The notes: generated by a model not told the origin, from the sequence alone. Shown: positions 1 through 14,499, numbered from the stretch's first letter. The stretch: 64,000 nt of DNA from Octopus bimaculoides (GCF_001194135.2 NC_068982.1:178781002-178845001), one strand, 5' to 3'. Program-made: numbers and translations.

Positions 1-40
1 TTCGTCCGGCGTGCTAACATTTCTGCCACCTCACCGCCTT
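1..40 (-). mobile_element. 5' head of SINE family A, cut by the window edge
   Basis: ttcgtccggcgtgctaacatttctgccacctcaccgcctt matches the ends of the copies at 45925-45954 and 17066-17095. Confidence 0.75.
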
Positions 41-269
41 GCACATATACATATATATAGTAACTCACATATTCGTATTACTATAGATATAGTTAACTTA
101 TATCAACCTCCCTCGGTTATGAGACTGAGAGTTCTGTTGGTCGCTCATTGAAATAGTGTGTAAGTAACGGAGAATTCCACAGACCGAAATATTGTTGATA
201 TAAACTTTAGGAAGATAAGCACAGTTCATAATAAAAATTTACCTCTGACTTACATGTACAATCCATCCA

Positions 270-420
270 GTAGGCTTCCTCAAAATCTTCGTCTATCCAA
301 TTTCACTCACAAAATTTCGATCTATGTGAAGCAATTATAACAGTTACTTGCTCAAGATGCTACAAAGAGGAATCGAGCCCGGGTCTCCGTAATAATCAAA
401 CGTACTTAGTAACTATTCTG
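270..420 (-). mobile_element. Old, degenerate SINE B-like head fragment
   Basis: cgtctatccaatttcactcacaa...acttgctcaag...gaatcgagcccgg loosely parallels 30465-30600. Confidence 0.35.
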
Positions 421-1652
421 TCAATCAACATAACGTATAGATAGAACTCAGCACTCAGAATATTTGAATGGAAATTTTATATGAAGCCATGGTTATCTCG
501 GAAAAGTTTGTAAAATAGTTATATTAAAAGAGATATGAATTTTAAAATTGACGCTTGACAGATTGAAATGATGTACAATTATTGGAACATACCGGACGTA
601 AATTCATTCCTCGAGGATGTTATTATGATTAACGATATCGCAATTATTTCCATATGTACCACATGATCAATATGCTTTTAGAGATTCTGGTGCAGCAGAA
701 CAACCATTTTCCTTCTCGAAATTGCCGAGGATTCATATCTATATGAGCAAGAGTTTTTTTGTTAAGTAAATTTCGAATCTTTACTATAAAGTGCTGGCAC
801 ACACATACATGCGCACTCACACACACACGCACATACACACATAGGCATATACATACACACACATATACATATATTCGAAATTACATAATTATCTGTGTGA
901 TGTGTTTATATGCACGTATCAGTGCTTATATTTGAGTTTGTATTTAATAAATCATAGTTAAGTGAGATGGAGATATAAATACTCTTAACTATCTAGATAT
1001 AGAGTTTTTCAAATGGCCTGTATGTAATGTAATACAGGGTATATAATTGAATCACATCTTTCATTGAACAGATTAGGATAGAATCAAGCAATGGGTACAT
1101 CGCATGTTGTAATTTTAGAGAGATTCAGAATACTAGATCAATCACAATAAAATACGTACAGCTCAAAATAATACACTTCACATCGATATGGTAAAAGAAA
1201 ACTTTTATTTGCAAGCAAAAATGAATGTCGCAGTAAGAAACATACTACAAGAGTTTTGACAGTAGATGTAAAATTACGTCCAAATACAACAAAACCCCTT
1301 CAGTATTCTCAAAAGAGTTTTGCAGTATTATGATTATAAACCAAAACAAAGCGCAATTCCTCCGACTCAAGCCAGACGAACAACTTCCATCATTTTCGTT
1401 TGTAGAACGTCGTACAGCTTAACAACACAATCTGGCTCTAGAATAAATCTAGTGGCATTCAGTCCGTTTCAAGCATCTGGGTCGGCTATGTGGTATAAGT
1501 ATAATTTATTAAGCTTCTACCACCGCTCACGGGTTCCAGCAAAATGTTTAGAGAATCTGCCCTCCGTAATCTAACTAAAATTATTAGAAAATCTGTATTT
1601 CATTCTCTGACAAAGTCATTTAATCACCCAGTCACTGTAAGCTACTATTATA

Positions 1653-2150
1653 GGGTAAAGGTAAAAACCTCCTTCGGTTATGAATGACCATGGGACTGCA
1701 CCCAGAAAGTTACCCTCCAAGGCACAAGTTGGGGTAAGATTGTTTATTCAAGACCAACAGTCACCCATGTAACCTCCCCACTCCATGCTATGCCAAGGGA
1801 AAGGCAAAGACCGATACATACATACATACATACATACGTACGTACGTACATACATACATACATACATACATACATGCATACATACATAAGCTCGGGATAA
1901 GTTGCTTATGGAAGACCAGCAGTCACTCATGCTTATCTACCTTCCCTCTCCACGCCACCGAGGGAGAGGCAAAGGCCGGTACAGCTTGGCACCAGTGACC
2001 TCGCAACATATTTCTGTAGCTGAGTGAACTGGTGCAACGTAAAATAAAGTGTCGTGTTCAAGAACACAACATACAACCCGGTCCGGGAATCGAACTCGCT
2101 ACCTCATGATTGTGAGTCCGGCGCTCTAACTGCTGAGCCATGCGCCTTCA
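1653..2150 (-). mobile_element. tRNA-derived SINE family C, full length, with internal duplication and (TACA)n
   Basis: Minus strand starts gaaggcgcaTGGCTCAGCAGTTAGAGC (A box) and GAGTTCGATTCCC (B box), then gtgttcttgaacacgacacttt (CORE/V-like central motif), and ends in a short acctttacc tail. Confidence 0.8.
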
Positions 2151-4555
2151 TAAATCATTAAAGTTAATATAAAATAACAGCAACCCTTGCTCTCCAACCG
2201 TGTCTATATATTCCAGATCTGCTATGGCAACTGCAACAAGTAGGACAATGGAGGAGTACAGTGAACACACGTTATCTAAGTCTAATCCACACAATAAAAC
2301 ATGATCCGCAATGAAGCAGAAACATGGTTGCGTATCACATGGTTACTTACATACCACAGATGTAAATAAGCAAAAACAAACGCCGCTCGTCAGTAAACCA
2401 ACTAAACATAGTAGCTAAGTTTTTCTTAAATGTTATACCCCATAATCTTTAAAAATGTAACCGACACTGGCTGATACATTTGTAGATGTTCTATGCCTTA
2501 ATAAAATACATAGTTAAGAGAGTTTTGATCATACTCCAGCTTGGCATGAGATTGACGTTGGTCTCTATGTCGTCAACGACAAAAGGTACATCAAAAGTAG
2601 TTGTGTGTCAAATTTCAAATGTAATCAATGCCTGCAGTTTTTTAGAATATAAATGAAATACGGGGAATGGTAACATGCATTTAGAATCCTATTACAAAAG
2701 AACCTATTGCAAAAGCAACAACAAAGACAAACAAAAAAAAAAACTAAGAAAAAATAAAGCAAAGTCTTAGGTGAAAAAGGGTCAAAATCAGGCAGTAAAA
2801 AACTATGGAATATGCGTATTTTAGCGTGCATATAAAACTTCTTATATAACATAAATAGTCAACAGTAATATTTCTTAATCAGAATGATACATACATNNNN
2901 NNNNNNATATATATAATACTACATACATACAGCTATATATATATATACTACATACATACAGATATATATATATATGTAAAAATGTATGTGCCTGTATGTA
3001 TATACGTATGTGTGTATGTATACACAGCTGCACTAGCCACATAACGGAAGTATGATTTCCCAACCCTTTCATGTTTTGCAATCACTTTAGTTAGCTTTAT
3101 ATCGATGTAATATTTTATAATATGAAACTGTGTCTTTGAACATTTCAGCAATAAATATTTTTGAAAGAGAACAAAGCTATGATATCTTCTATGATTTATA
3201 CGTTTTAGTATGGTTTATTAAACATCAAAGTTGCGCAACATTTGAAATTAGAAAAATATCACTTTCTATAAAATTACATCTCTAAAAGGGAAAAATCGAA
3301 CTCTAAGATACCATTTTAAAAATGAGAACGATCAAATGGGATATCAAAAGAATTCTTAATAATTGTTTCTTCCGGAGAGAGGAACCTTGAGTTTTATGTG
3401 TAGAAAGAATATGAAAGGCTATGACATTCGGGTTAATTTTTTAAAAGAATATTAAGGATATGAGATGAAGTAAATCAAGTTGAAAATTGAAACTATAAGT
3501 ATACGGTGTCCACTTATTTATTAATGATACGCGTAGATTTGATAAATTTATAAATTTAATCATTGTCGTAGAGAAGCTAGTGACTAGAAGTGGTTATACC
3601 AATGTTTTATTAACATTATGTCAAAAGTTAATTGGCAATAAAAATCTAGTTTTCATATTGTGTATGATGAGTATATACCTTTGAAAGAATATTTGAAGCT
3701 GTCTTATAGCGTAGATCGGTAAAATTCGAGTTACTTTTCCTATACATTTCTTAGTTCTACAATCTATGGTAGATAATGAGACATGGACGTATTTTACAAT
3801 AATAGTTACTCGTAGATAATCACATCTCATGATGAAACCACCTTCTTTCGTCTGAACTAAAAAGTGTTAAATATCAGTGACAGAAAAAAAATATCACTGC
3901 CGAACTTATGTATGTGATAAAAGATAGCTCAACATGGAAGAAAACTAACTTCAAACTCTTGTGTTATTAGCTCGAGATTTGTCACCTGGAAGCATTTCGA
4001 ATTTCTATAGGCGATGAATTCATAAGTAATCTCCTGGTATACGATAGTAAAATAGTAAACTCCGAAGAACTTGTAGCGGTTTCTGCTAGTAAAAATAATG
4101 CATATAATTCAAATAGTGGTGTATATTTCGTCCCACGATAATAAAAAAAGACGAATAACGTTCGCGGGGAAAGAAAATTAAAATGAAACAGTTCTTACGA
4201 CTAGGACTCAAAACAGTCGTGGAGATAAACGAAAGAAATAGATAATAGAAGTGACGTCGCGATTGGGATGTTATGGGAAGGCAGAAAAAGCCAAAGGGAG
4301 GTGGTGAGCGTAGTTTAGACGATATACGATGTGGAAGGAAATATTTTGTGTGTGAGGAGTATACAAAGTAATAGCTAGGTACAGGCAAGGTGAAATGAGA
4401 TTCAGTCGGTGGTATATGATTTAAGAAATAGTGCTTATCTAAAGTTGAGAAATCAAAAAACGACGTATACACGATAATCAGAACTCGCTCATACGCACAT
4501 GGAAAGGAAGATGGAGGTCACGAGATAAAGGAGCAAGAGTCATCAGGATGATTAC

Positions 4556-4752
4556 TCTTTTACACTTTTATTTGTTTAAGTCATTTGACTATGGCCATGC
4601 TGGAGGACCGCCTTTAGTCGAACAAATCGACCCAAGACCCAAGACTTATTCTTTGCAAGCCTAGTACTTATTCTATCCGTCACTTTTGCCGAACAGCTAA
4701 CTTACGGAGACGTAAACACACCAGCATCGGTTGTGAAGTGATGATAGGGGGA

Positions 4753-4760
<8 letters not shown>
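4556..4760 (-). mobile_element. 3' half of SINE family B; the remainder is lost in (CA)n and an assembly gap
   Basis: Highly similar to 30211-30415 and 51845-52050. Confidence 0.85.
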
Positions 4761-4816
<56 letters not shown>

Positions 4817-5520
4817 NNNNNNNNNNNNNNNNNNNNNNNNNNNNNNNNNNNNNNNNNNNNNNNNNNNNNNNNNNNNNNNNNNNNNNNNNNNNNNNNNNNN
4901 NNNNNNNNNNNNNNNNNNNNNNNNNNNNNNNNNNNNNNNNNNNNNNNNNNNNNNNNNNNNNNNNNNNNNNNNNNNNNNNNNNNNNNNNNNNNNNNNNNNN
5001 NNNNNNNNNNNNNNNNNNNNNNNNNNNNNNNNNNNNNNNNNNNNNNNNNNNNNNNNNNNNNNNNNNNNNNNNNNNNNNNNNNNNNNNNNNNNNNNNNNNN
5101 NNNNNNNNNNNNNNNNNNNNNNNNNNNNNNNNNNNNNNNNNNNNNNNNNNNNNNNNNNNNNNNNNNNNNNNNNNNNNNNNNNNNNNNNNNNNNNNNNNNN
5201 NNNNNNNNNNNNNNNNNNNNNNNNNNNNNNNNNNNNNNNNNNNNNNNNNNNNNNNNNNNNNNNNNNNNNNNNNNNNNNNNNNNNNNNNNNNNNNNNNNNN
5301 NNNNNNNNNNNNNNNNNNNNNNNNNNNNNNNNNNNNNNNNNNNNNNNNNNNNNNNNNNNNNNNNNNNNNNNNNNNNNNNNNNNNNNNNNNNNNNNNNNNN
5401 NNNNNNNNNNNNNNNNNNNNNNNNNNNNNNNNNNNNNNTATATATATATATATATGTATGTCTACATGTATATGTCTATATATATATGAATGTATATATA
5501 TGTGTGTATATATATATGTA

Positions 5521-5551
<31 letters not shown>

Positions 5552-5600
5552 GTGTATATATGTGTATATATAAATGTATATATATATATGTACATATATG

Positions 5601-5632
<32 letters not shown>

Positions 5633-5638
5633 TCTATC

Positions 5639-5685
<47 letters not shown>

Positions 5686-6088
5686 ATATATATATATGTC
5701 CAAGAGTTAATGAATGTAATCAACATACACTTGTCCTGAAGAGTAGCCTGCGGTATACACCTCGCTTGGATATTTACTACTTATGAGATTTCGCTCACTA
5801 TGAATCACAAATAGATCGGTTATTATCTACTCCATTCCTTAACTCATGTATTTTATTCGCATACCTGACAACCCTGTCTGCCTACTGCGAAATATAAAAC
5901 TTTTTTTCATCTTACCATACTTCGATATAGAAAAGCATCCACATAACTCCTCGCCAGTAAAGCAATATTGTTCCTGAAATTGTTTCTTTTATATTTTCTA
6001 TGATTTGCTTGAAGCTAACCTTCTTCCTAAGCCTCGATCCTTAGACACACAGACAGACAGACATTCAGACTCATACACACACACACAC

Positions 6089-6120
<32 letters not shown>

Positions 6121-6929
6121 GTACATGCGCCCACACCTGCACATTCTGACATTCATTCAGAATAAGCAATAATTTGCGAAAGAAGTATTTGCATAATTAC
6201 ATGTTATCTTAAAATTTTAAAATGTTTGCATAACGACATGTCATTTTTCAAAAACGAGGCAGAATAAAATATTATCTTCACCTATGTAAAAGCACAAGAA
6301 GAAGTGTACANNNNNNNNNNNNNNNNNNNNNNNNNNNNNNNNNNNNNNNNNNNNNNNNNNNNNNNNNNNNNNNNNNNNNNNNNNNNNNNNNNNNNNNNNN
6401 NNNNNNNNNNNNNNNNNNNNNNNNNNNNNNNNNNNNNNNNNNNNNNNNNNNNNNNNNNNNNNNNNNNNNNNNNNNNNNNNNNNNNNNNNNNNNNNNNNNN
6501 NNNNNNNNNNNNNNNNNNNNNNNNNNNNNNNNNNNNNNNNNNNNNNNNNNNNNNNNNNNNNNNNNNNNNNNNNNNNNNNNNNNNNNNNNNNNNNNNNNNN
6601 NNNNNNNNNNNNNNNNNNNNNNNNNNNNNNNNNNNNNNNNNNNNNNNNNNNNNNNNNNNNNNNNNNNNNNNNNNNNNNNNNNNNNNNNNNNNNNNNNNNN
6701 NNNNNNNNNNNNNNNNNNNNNNNNNNNNNNNNNNNNNNNNNNNNATATATATATATATATACACAAATTAAAAGGGTAAAGGATTATCAATTTATTAATT
6801 TATTAATTTACTACTGGAATATCGTATTGATGAAGGAAATTGAGTATTTATCACTCATAACCCAGAAACGCGTCTACGATTAATCTTCGGAATGGTTAGT
6901 TTTCATTGTTTTTTCTTCTTGTTTTTGCC

Positions 6930-7380
6930 TTTGTGAGTTACAAGTAATGCTATCTGTTGGAGTCTCAGCTTTTTTAGCTGCTATTTCTGAACTTCGGTAC
7001 GTGGTGAAGCAAATATTTGCTGATCCCGTGCTTTTAACACTGGTTTTGGAGAATTCGCGCCAGTTTCTTTTGCTTCTTCTTAAAAAAACCTATTATTTCT
7101 GTTTCTTGTGTAAATCTGTAGGTACATAGACTGATGCAACTATAATGACAAGTACAAATGAGAATTTATAGTCAGAGTAGAAAAGAGTAGTAAGTTCGCA
7201 TTAATTCACAATTAATGATCTCTTTTTCTTGGATTTTTGGTGGTCCATTCACATCCGGTGGGCAGCTGATCTCTACAACAATGCATAACTTTTGTTTCCT
7301 GCCCCCCAGAACAATAAATGGTCTGTTATGTTTGCATTGAATTGCTGTTTTTAATGGAGTATTCTATTAGTATACCTTGT
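6930..7380 (-). mobile_element. Degenerate 3' fragment of an R4-like RLE non-LTR retrotransposon (restriction-like endonuclease region)
   Basis: Manual minus-strand translation gives CKHNRP...CIVVEISCPPDVN...KIQEKE...YSDYKFSFV with frameshifts, paralleling 60960-61110 of the larger copy. Confidence 0.7.
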
Positions 7381-8875
7381 TTTTAAAGGTGTAAATACAT
7401 GCTGGTTCAGACATGCATTTGATATATATACGCTAGGGCAAGCCATCCCGTGAGTAGCATTGTAAATATCTTTGTAAATACACCATGCCTAAAGAGCAAA
7501 TGTGTGTGTATGTATGTATGCATGTATGTATTTATGTATGTATATATGTGTCTGTGTGTATGTATATGTAAATGAATGCACGTATACACACAGATAGACT
7601 CACACACATACACAAACAAACAGATACATACCTACACAGATATATGCACCTGCTTGCAGCTCCGTGTAAGTGACCTAAATGAAAGCGATTATCTGCCGTT
7701 AGCTAGTTCGGCGGAAGAGAAATTGAAGTTAGTGGCAAATAGAGAGAAATATTCAGTGCTGCTGATTGAATAGTTTTGCTTTAAGAGCAATATACAGATG
7801 TTGCAAAATTGAAGACATCCTTCTGGCGTGTGAACAAGGAAAGCTATGTTTACCAGACATGAACGCTAAGATAAGGACGGTGTTAGCACTAGGCCGTTCG
7901 AATTGTAAGAAATAACAATCGCATCTTTTTTTATCAGATGGTGCCTTCTTAAGAAGGGAGACTCTACATAATGTGATCTTGGTTTCTATGCACAGAGGAA
8001 AAGACGGATGGGTCGTGGCTGGGATGTCATTCATCATAAGAGTGTTCAATGAGGTGTCACATTGAATTACAATACGAAGAGCAATAGCTGTGTATCACTC
8101 TAGTGTATCAAAGCAAGATTATTTAAGTAATAGACGAACCGCATGTCTTCAATTTCCTACAAGTATTGCATTTGTGTCCAGTTATTTTGTCCATTATTTC
8201 TGTAATTACACCTGAAACCACCTCGAATTTTTCGAATGTCATAAAATCTTATTGGACTCGCTAAATAGAGATTATCCCCAGAGACATGTTCTGTACTTAC
8301 GCCTATTTCCCTCAAAATTTTATTATGAATCAATCCTTCGGTTCATACAATATGAAATTCATCCTTTAAGAAGCAATTATTTACCGATGAAACATAACAA
8401 TATAGCATTTTCACATCAAATTTTTCTTTAAGTGATGAGGATCAAACACGAAATAGAGGCTGAGATAACAAAAATCTTTGAGAAAGAGATATAGTGAAAT
8501 TCTAAAAAAACAAGTAAAATCTAACTGAAATAAGAAAAGTTAAAATTTTATAACATGTTTCAAAACAAAAAGAAAAGAAAAGAAAAAAATCTCCTGCATC
8601 GTTACTACCTGACAAAACAGAAGAGAGTGGAGAGAACAAAAATACTTGCACTGCATAAAATGCATAGAACACGAAGTTGAAATAAAAATGGTTTTGATCA
8701 TGAAACAATATCAGTTCCTTTCTATGTAAAGTTAATGGCTACTATAAAACGTAATTGCCTAGTTTCTAGCTTGTAAGGCTTATCAAAACAGAATATATCA
8801 ACATTAACGCATGAATACATGCATACATACATAGATACATACAAACATACATACATACATACATACATACATACG

Positions 8876-8909
<34 letters not shown>

Positions 8910-9715
8910 AATATATATATATATANNNNNNNNNNNNNNNNNNNNNNNNNNNNNNNNNNNNNNNNNNNNNNNNNNNNNNNNNNNNNNNNNNNNNNNNNNN
9001 NNNNNNNNNNNNNNNNNNNNNNNNNNNNNNNNNNNNNNNNNNNNNNNNNNNNNNNNNNNNNNNNNNNNNNNNNNNNNNNNNNNNNNNNNNNNNNNNNNNN
9101 NNNNNNNNNNNNNNNNNNNNNNNNNNNNNNNNNNNNNNNNNNNNNNNNNNNNNNNNNNNNNNNNNNNNNNNNNNNNNNNNNNNNNNNNNNNNNNNNNNNN
9201 NNNNNNNNNNNNNNNNNNNNNNNNNNNNNNACACACACACACACACACACATACATACACAAACTCTGTATAGCTGTATAACATAAACATTGAACAAAAT
9301 ATACTGCGAAGCTTTGAATATGAAAAGGCAGCATATTTGTTAGAAGCCAATACTCGCCTAAAGATAAAGTTTAATAAGTTGAAATGTTAAAGAAATGCAA
9401 TTCTGTCAAACTTCAGGTTTTAAGAACAAAATTCGAAAATTTTATTGGACAGTGGGTATGAACAATATTGAAGTAGATAAAATAACCAGAAAAGAAGAAA
9501 TCAAAAGAAAATTTAGAAACTTAAAAGAAGCTAGAATAATATGTAACACTACGAAATGAAAAACCATCATCAATTTTCTCATTTTTCTTCAAAACCACTT
9601 GAACAAATTGAAACAGAAAATTTTTAGAATAACGAAACGAAAAAATGATATTCAGAAAGCGACATCATCATGAGAATATCATATCAGAAATATGCAATAA
9701 TAATAATGATAATTG

Positions 9716-9920
9716 TTTTAAATTTGGCACAAGGCCATCAGTTTTAGAAGAAGTGATCAATTACATCGAACCTCGTGCTCAACTGATACTTATAATATTG
9801 ACCTTGAAAGGAATGTAAGATAAAGTCGATCTCGGTGTAATTTGAATATAAAGATTCAGAAGTAATGCTGCTAAGCAGATTGTGTTATGCATTAACTGTC
9901 TTGCAATCTCCCTGCCTTAA
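9716..9920 (-). mobile_element. Old divergent SINE A copy; a second SINE A tail fragment follows at about 9945-10008
   Basis: ggcacaaggcc...attacatcgaacc...gaaaggaatg...aaagtcgatctcgg...atttgaa matches family A core motifs. Confidence 0.6.
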
Positions 9921-10008
9921 TAATAACAGTTATAAAAATTTACTTATTAATTGTAGCACAAAGCTAGTAATTTTGAGAGGAGTGGGCGAGTAGATTACAT
10001 CGATTACA

Positions 10009-11950
10009 TCTCCTCACTCGCCTTCCTACACCTTCAGGAAATACTCAGAGCAGGCCCTTTAAATCAGATCTATCATGCTGCATTCAACAGCCTTTCAATA
10101 ATTTTGCTGGAAGGCAATATTTCCCTCTCCACCCTCACTTTTCTGTTCCGCGGGGACTTGAAAAAGTTGCCGAGGGCTTGGCTAAATGTGTCTGTTTTCA
10201 GCCCTTTCAGTTTCATCTACCACATCATTTCTTTTCTAAGACCATCAGACAGATAAACTCTGTCCTCTTCGATCAAAAGAAGTCGGCGGGATAGTCTTCA
10301 CAATGGACTCGGATGACAGTCGGATCCGTCTTATATCTGTCAGCAGGTTTTCGACTTAACTCCACAAACCAGTAAGACTCAAACTGTGGAAGAGTTCCTG
10401 CAGACCAGTTTCTTTGCTCTGCACACATCACGGGCAGGCTCGGCTGACAGCACTTCCATATTTGCAGACTTTATCTCGAACAATGCCCCTGATAGCACTA
10501 CCAGGCTAGATATTTCTGGACGTTATCCACGGGCTATCGTCTGCAAGTCCCTCAGAACAGAGAAGCCAATTGATTCTCGTCAATACTCCGAGTCTTCCTG
10601 AAAACATCGTTGCTCCTGTCAAAGAATCAAGCTACAGAAAAGCGAGTCTAACGCACTGCGGCCACACTTTCTCACCGTCAAGGAAGCGCTGAAGACAGTG
10701 TAGTCTCAGTATACTGTCGCCCCATTTCTGAGTAAGATTGTCCATCCTACTTATTACCTCATCCTCGTTCTTCTCCCGTTAAAGATCTGGATCAAAGAAT
10801 ACTCGAATCAATTTAACTGTTCCTTCTGTCAGCGTTCCGCGACACATTTTGACAGTACGGATCTGTCTCTTCAGGTGCCTATTTGCAATTCCAATGACTT
10901 CCCTTGGTTGATTTGTCTCTTTTCATTACTTTAGAGTAGTGCCAATCACCGTTGTATGCCTAGTATCCAACACTATGAGGATGGCAGCGTCCGCTTATAC
11001 CAAGAAGGTTCTTCCACGTCGAAGTTCTGACAGGATTCCTCTCACAATTCCAGTTTCTACTGTACCGAATCTCGCGTGAGTACACACAGAATGGGCATTA
11101 GGGGATACCTTTGAGGGTCCGAGTGCATAATACTGATTTCGTTCCAATTTGTGACTATTCACTCGAACCACCTAGCAGGTGTCGCTATATATTGCAGTAA
11201 TGCGACCGCAGAAGACGAGAGTAAAACCTGCCGCCGTAAGTAGAACCGTCAAGTTTTGGTGGTCGACCTTACCAAAAGCTAAATTATTTACTTCTCTATG
11301 ATGAATTGTACGAATTGGAGGTTGTCGTAGAAGGGGGAAAGATCTACTTGGGATGGTGCATGCTTGTGCATCACCTGTTGATGAGAAGTGTCAGCATCAT
11401 TGCTTATACCTTCTCCAAAATCTGAGTTCACAGAGTTATGGGCCTAAAATACCAATTAGATCTTTGTTTGGGTCCTTTCTTAGCATTGCTGTCACACCTC
11501 AGCTCACAGAAAATTGGAATTCTCTCATTCTGTTGCTGGCAGATATCTACCAAAAGTTATTGAAACAAGTTTGATATACAATTTGAAAGCTAATAGGACA
11601 GACCATCCAAATGAAATGATTTAAGCCGATTCAGCCAATCATCGCTTGCCGTATCTATGCGGCTTTTATCAGTTTTTCGCCGCACCCTACCTCTCATGTC
11701 GGCAGACAATGACGCTCAGTATTGGAATCCATCTTGCGTTTCAGCTCACCATTCGTCCCGATCAAGCGATCGAAGTGGCTCTGAAAAGCTGCACATATCT
11801 ACTGAAGCTTCAGTAGCATGCATCCTTTAAGATACACCAAAGATCGAATTGTGGCTTTGTTTACACAATGTACCGGATTTCGTCCCCTTGTATCTTGAAA
11901 CTGGAAGAATCCCCTTCTTCGAAACAAACATTTCTATGGCGAGTTGTACG
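10009..11950 (-). mobile_element. Degenerate Tx1/L1-clade LINE ORF2 (linker, RT, C-terminus) and 3' UTR
   Basis: Manual translation gives NKATIRSL...AAFQSHFDRL; LDGLSY; FRPITL; ACTIPSRS; AFGKVDHQNL..L.AAGF..VF.G.ITAIYS; *ADA (decayed YADD); RKVRVERE. Many stops and frameshifts; homologous to the ORF at 24010. Confidence 0.85.
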
Positions 11951-12593
11951 TATGGAGTTCATTGCCATGCTGAAATATAGCTTTACATATTTACCTAATA
12001 TATCGATATTAGACTATCAAGGATATTTATTAATATAAAACGAAGGTTAAAAAGTTTGATGACTACGACCAAAAGGGAGAATATCTTCGTGATAATTCTA
12101 TCATGGTTCACAGTATATTTATCAATTTCCGAATTTAATAAAACAATATTTGTTTTTCTATTTTGTAATTTTTGGCAGATCGTATTTATATGAAACAAAT
12201 ATCAAATATATATATATATATATATANNNNNNNNNNNNNNNNNNNNNNNNNNNNNNNNNNNNNNNNNNNNNNNNNNNNNNNNNNNNNNNNNNNNNNNNNN
12301 NNNNNNNNNNNNNNNNNNNNNNNNNNNNNNNNNNNNNNNNNNNNNNNNNNNNNNNNNNNNNNNNNNNNNNNNNNNNNNNNNNNNNNNNNNNNNNNNNNNN
12401 NNNNNNNNNNNNNNNNNNNNNNNNNNNNNNNNNNNNNNNNNNNNNNNNNNNNNNNNNNNNNNNNNNNNNNNNNNNNNNNNNNNNNNNNNNNNNNNNNNNN
12501 NNNNNNNNNNNNNNNNNNNNNNNNNNNNNNNNNNNNNNNNNNNNNNNNNNNNNNNNNNNNNNNNNNNNNNNNNNNNNNNNNNNNNNNNNNNNN

Positions 12594-12627
<34 letters not shown>

Positions 12628-13310
12628 GTGTGTGTGCGAGTGTGCGCGTCTGTGTGTGCATGTGTGTGTATTCAATAAATAACTAACAAATAATAAAATT
12701 AAAAACAAAATCATTATTTCAGTTTAACGGAAATGAAAAGAATGAATTGATATAATAACTTTTGATTCTTTATTAATATATACGCGGAAAAGTTCGAGCA
12801 AAATAATGAAAAGCATTAAAACAATTTACTGAAATGCGCAGTGTTACAACTGAGTAAGTCATTACAATTCATGTTTGATAGCCGAGTGATTGCCCGTTCA
12901 AATGCAACACTCCTCCAGCTTCTCATAATTTGCTGTATGAGTTAAAATTCTAATTGACGTGGATGGAAAAGCGCGCGTTTGAATGCAGAAAAAGATCTCT
13001 CGAAGTATACATGAATATATATATGTTAAATCTCGGAACGAGGTATAAACAGTAACTGCACGACAACGTGAAGTATATTTGCCACTTAAATGCGGCTAAA
13101 CCCTAAGGGTGAATGTTACTGTTGCTTTTAGCCCCAGGAGAACATCTCCTTCAGCTGACTATTGACACACTTTCTGTGCCCTGTCGGTATTTGCAAAGGG
13201 AAGTCAGTCATCCTTCCCATCGTCGATCTCACGTGATACGCACGGACCCGAGTTTCTGTTTATTTACCTTTCGTCAGCGTACAGCAATCGCCGATATCCT
13301 CGTATATATA

Positions 13311-13442
13311 TAGGAGTAGCTGTGTGGTAAGTATCTTGCTTACGAACCGCATGGTTTCGGGTTCAGTCTCACTGCGTGGCAACTTGGGCAGGTGTCTTCT
13401 ACTATAGTCTCTCGCCCCGACCAAACCCTTGTGAGTGGATTT
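13311..13442 (+). mobile_element. 5' half of SINE family B, running into an assembly gap
   Basis: taggagtagctgtgtggtaag...gggttcagtctcactgcgtggcaacttgggcagg, near-identical to 29379-29510. Confidence 0.85.
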
Positions 13443-14333
13443 NNNNNNNNNNNNNNNNNNNNNNNNNNNNNNNNNNNNNNNNNNNNNNNNNNNNNNNNNN
13501 NNNNNNNNNNNNNNNNNNNNNNNNNNNNNNNNNNNNNNNNNNNNNNNNNNNNNNNNNNNNNNNNNNNNNNNNNNNNNNNNNNNNNNNNNNNNNNNNNNNN
13601 NNNNNNNNNNNNNNNNNNNNNNNNNNNNNNNNNNNNNNNNNNNNNNNNNNNNNNNNNNNNNNNNNNNNNNNNNNNNNNNNNNNNNNNNNNNNNNNNNNNN
13701 NNNNNNNNNNNNNNNNNNNNNNNNNNNNNNNNNNNNNNNNNNNNNNNNNNNNNNNNNNNNNNNNNNNNNNNNNNNNNNNNNNNNNNNNNNNNNNNNNNNN
13801 NNNNNNNNNNNNNNNNNNNNNNNNNNNNNNNNNNNNNNNNNNNNNNNNNNNNNNNNNNNNNNNNNNNNNNNNNNNNNNNNNNNNNNNNNNNNNNNNNNNN
13901 NNNNNNNNNNNNNNNNNNNNNNNNNNNNNNNNNNNNNNNNNNNNNNNNNNNNNNNNNNNNNNNNNNNNNNNNNNNNNNNNNNNNNNNNNNNNNNNNNNNN
14001 NNNNNNNNNNNNNNNNNNNNNNNNNNNNNNNNNNNNNNNNNNNNNNNNNNNNNNNNNNNNNNNNNNNNNNNNNNNNNNNNNNNNNNNNNNNNNNNNNNNN
14101 NNNNNNNNNNNNNNNNNNNNNNNNNNNNNNNNNNNNNNNNNNNNNNNNNNNNNNNNNNNNNNNNNNNNNNNNNNNNNNNNNNNNNNNNNNNNNNNNNNNN
14201 NNNNNNNNNNNNNNNNNNNNNNNNNNNNNNNNNNNNNNNNNNNNNNNNNNNNNNNNNNNNNNNNNNNNNNNNNNNNNNNNNNNNNNNNNNNNNNNNNNNN
14301 NNNNNNNNNNNNNNNNNNNNNNNNNNNNNNNNN

Positions 14334-14369
<36 letters not shown>

Positions 14370-14499
14370 GTATGCATATATACATACACACATATACATA
14401 CACATTTATATATGTAATGTCGATGTTTCTCAGCCTATCCATTTATGACATGAATTTTCACAAAGCAGATCGCTTATGGTTGGTCCTGCACTCACTCTC

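Noticed and set aside
2075-2150. tRNA-like sequences (also the SINE heads at 29372 and 30530)
   Set aside because: The A and B boxes run directly into SINE bodies and no complete cloverleaf or acceptor stem is evident
7790-7920. CCKIEDILLACEQGKLCLPDMNAK, faintly like the L1/Tx1 GGLxLPD motif
   Set aside because: A single weak motif with no supporting flanking homology
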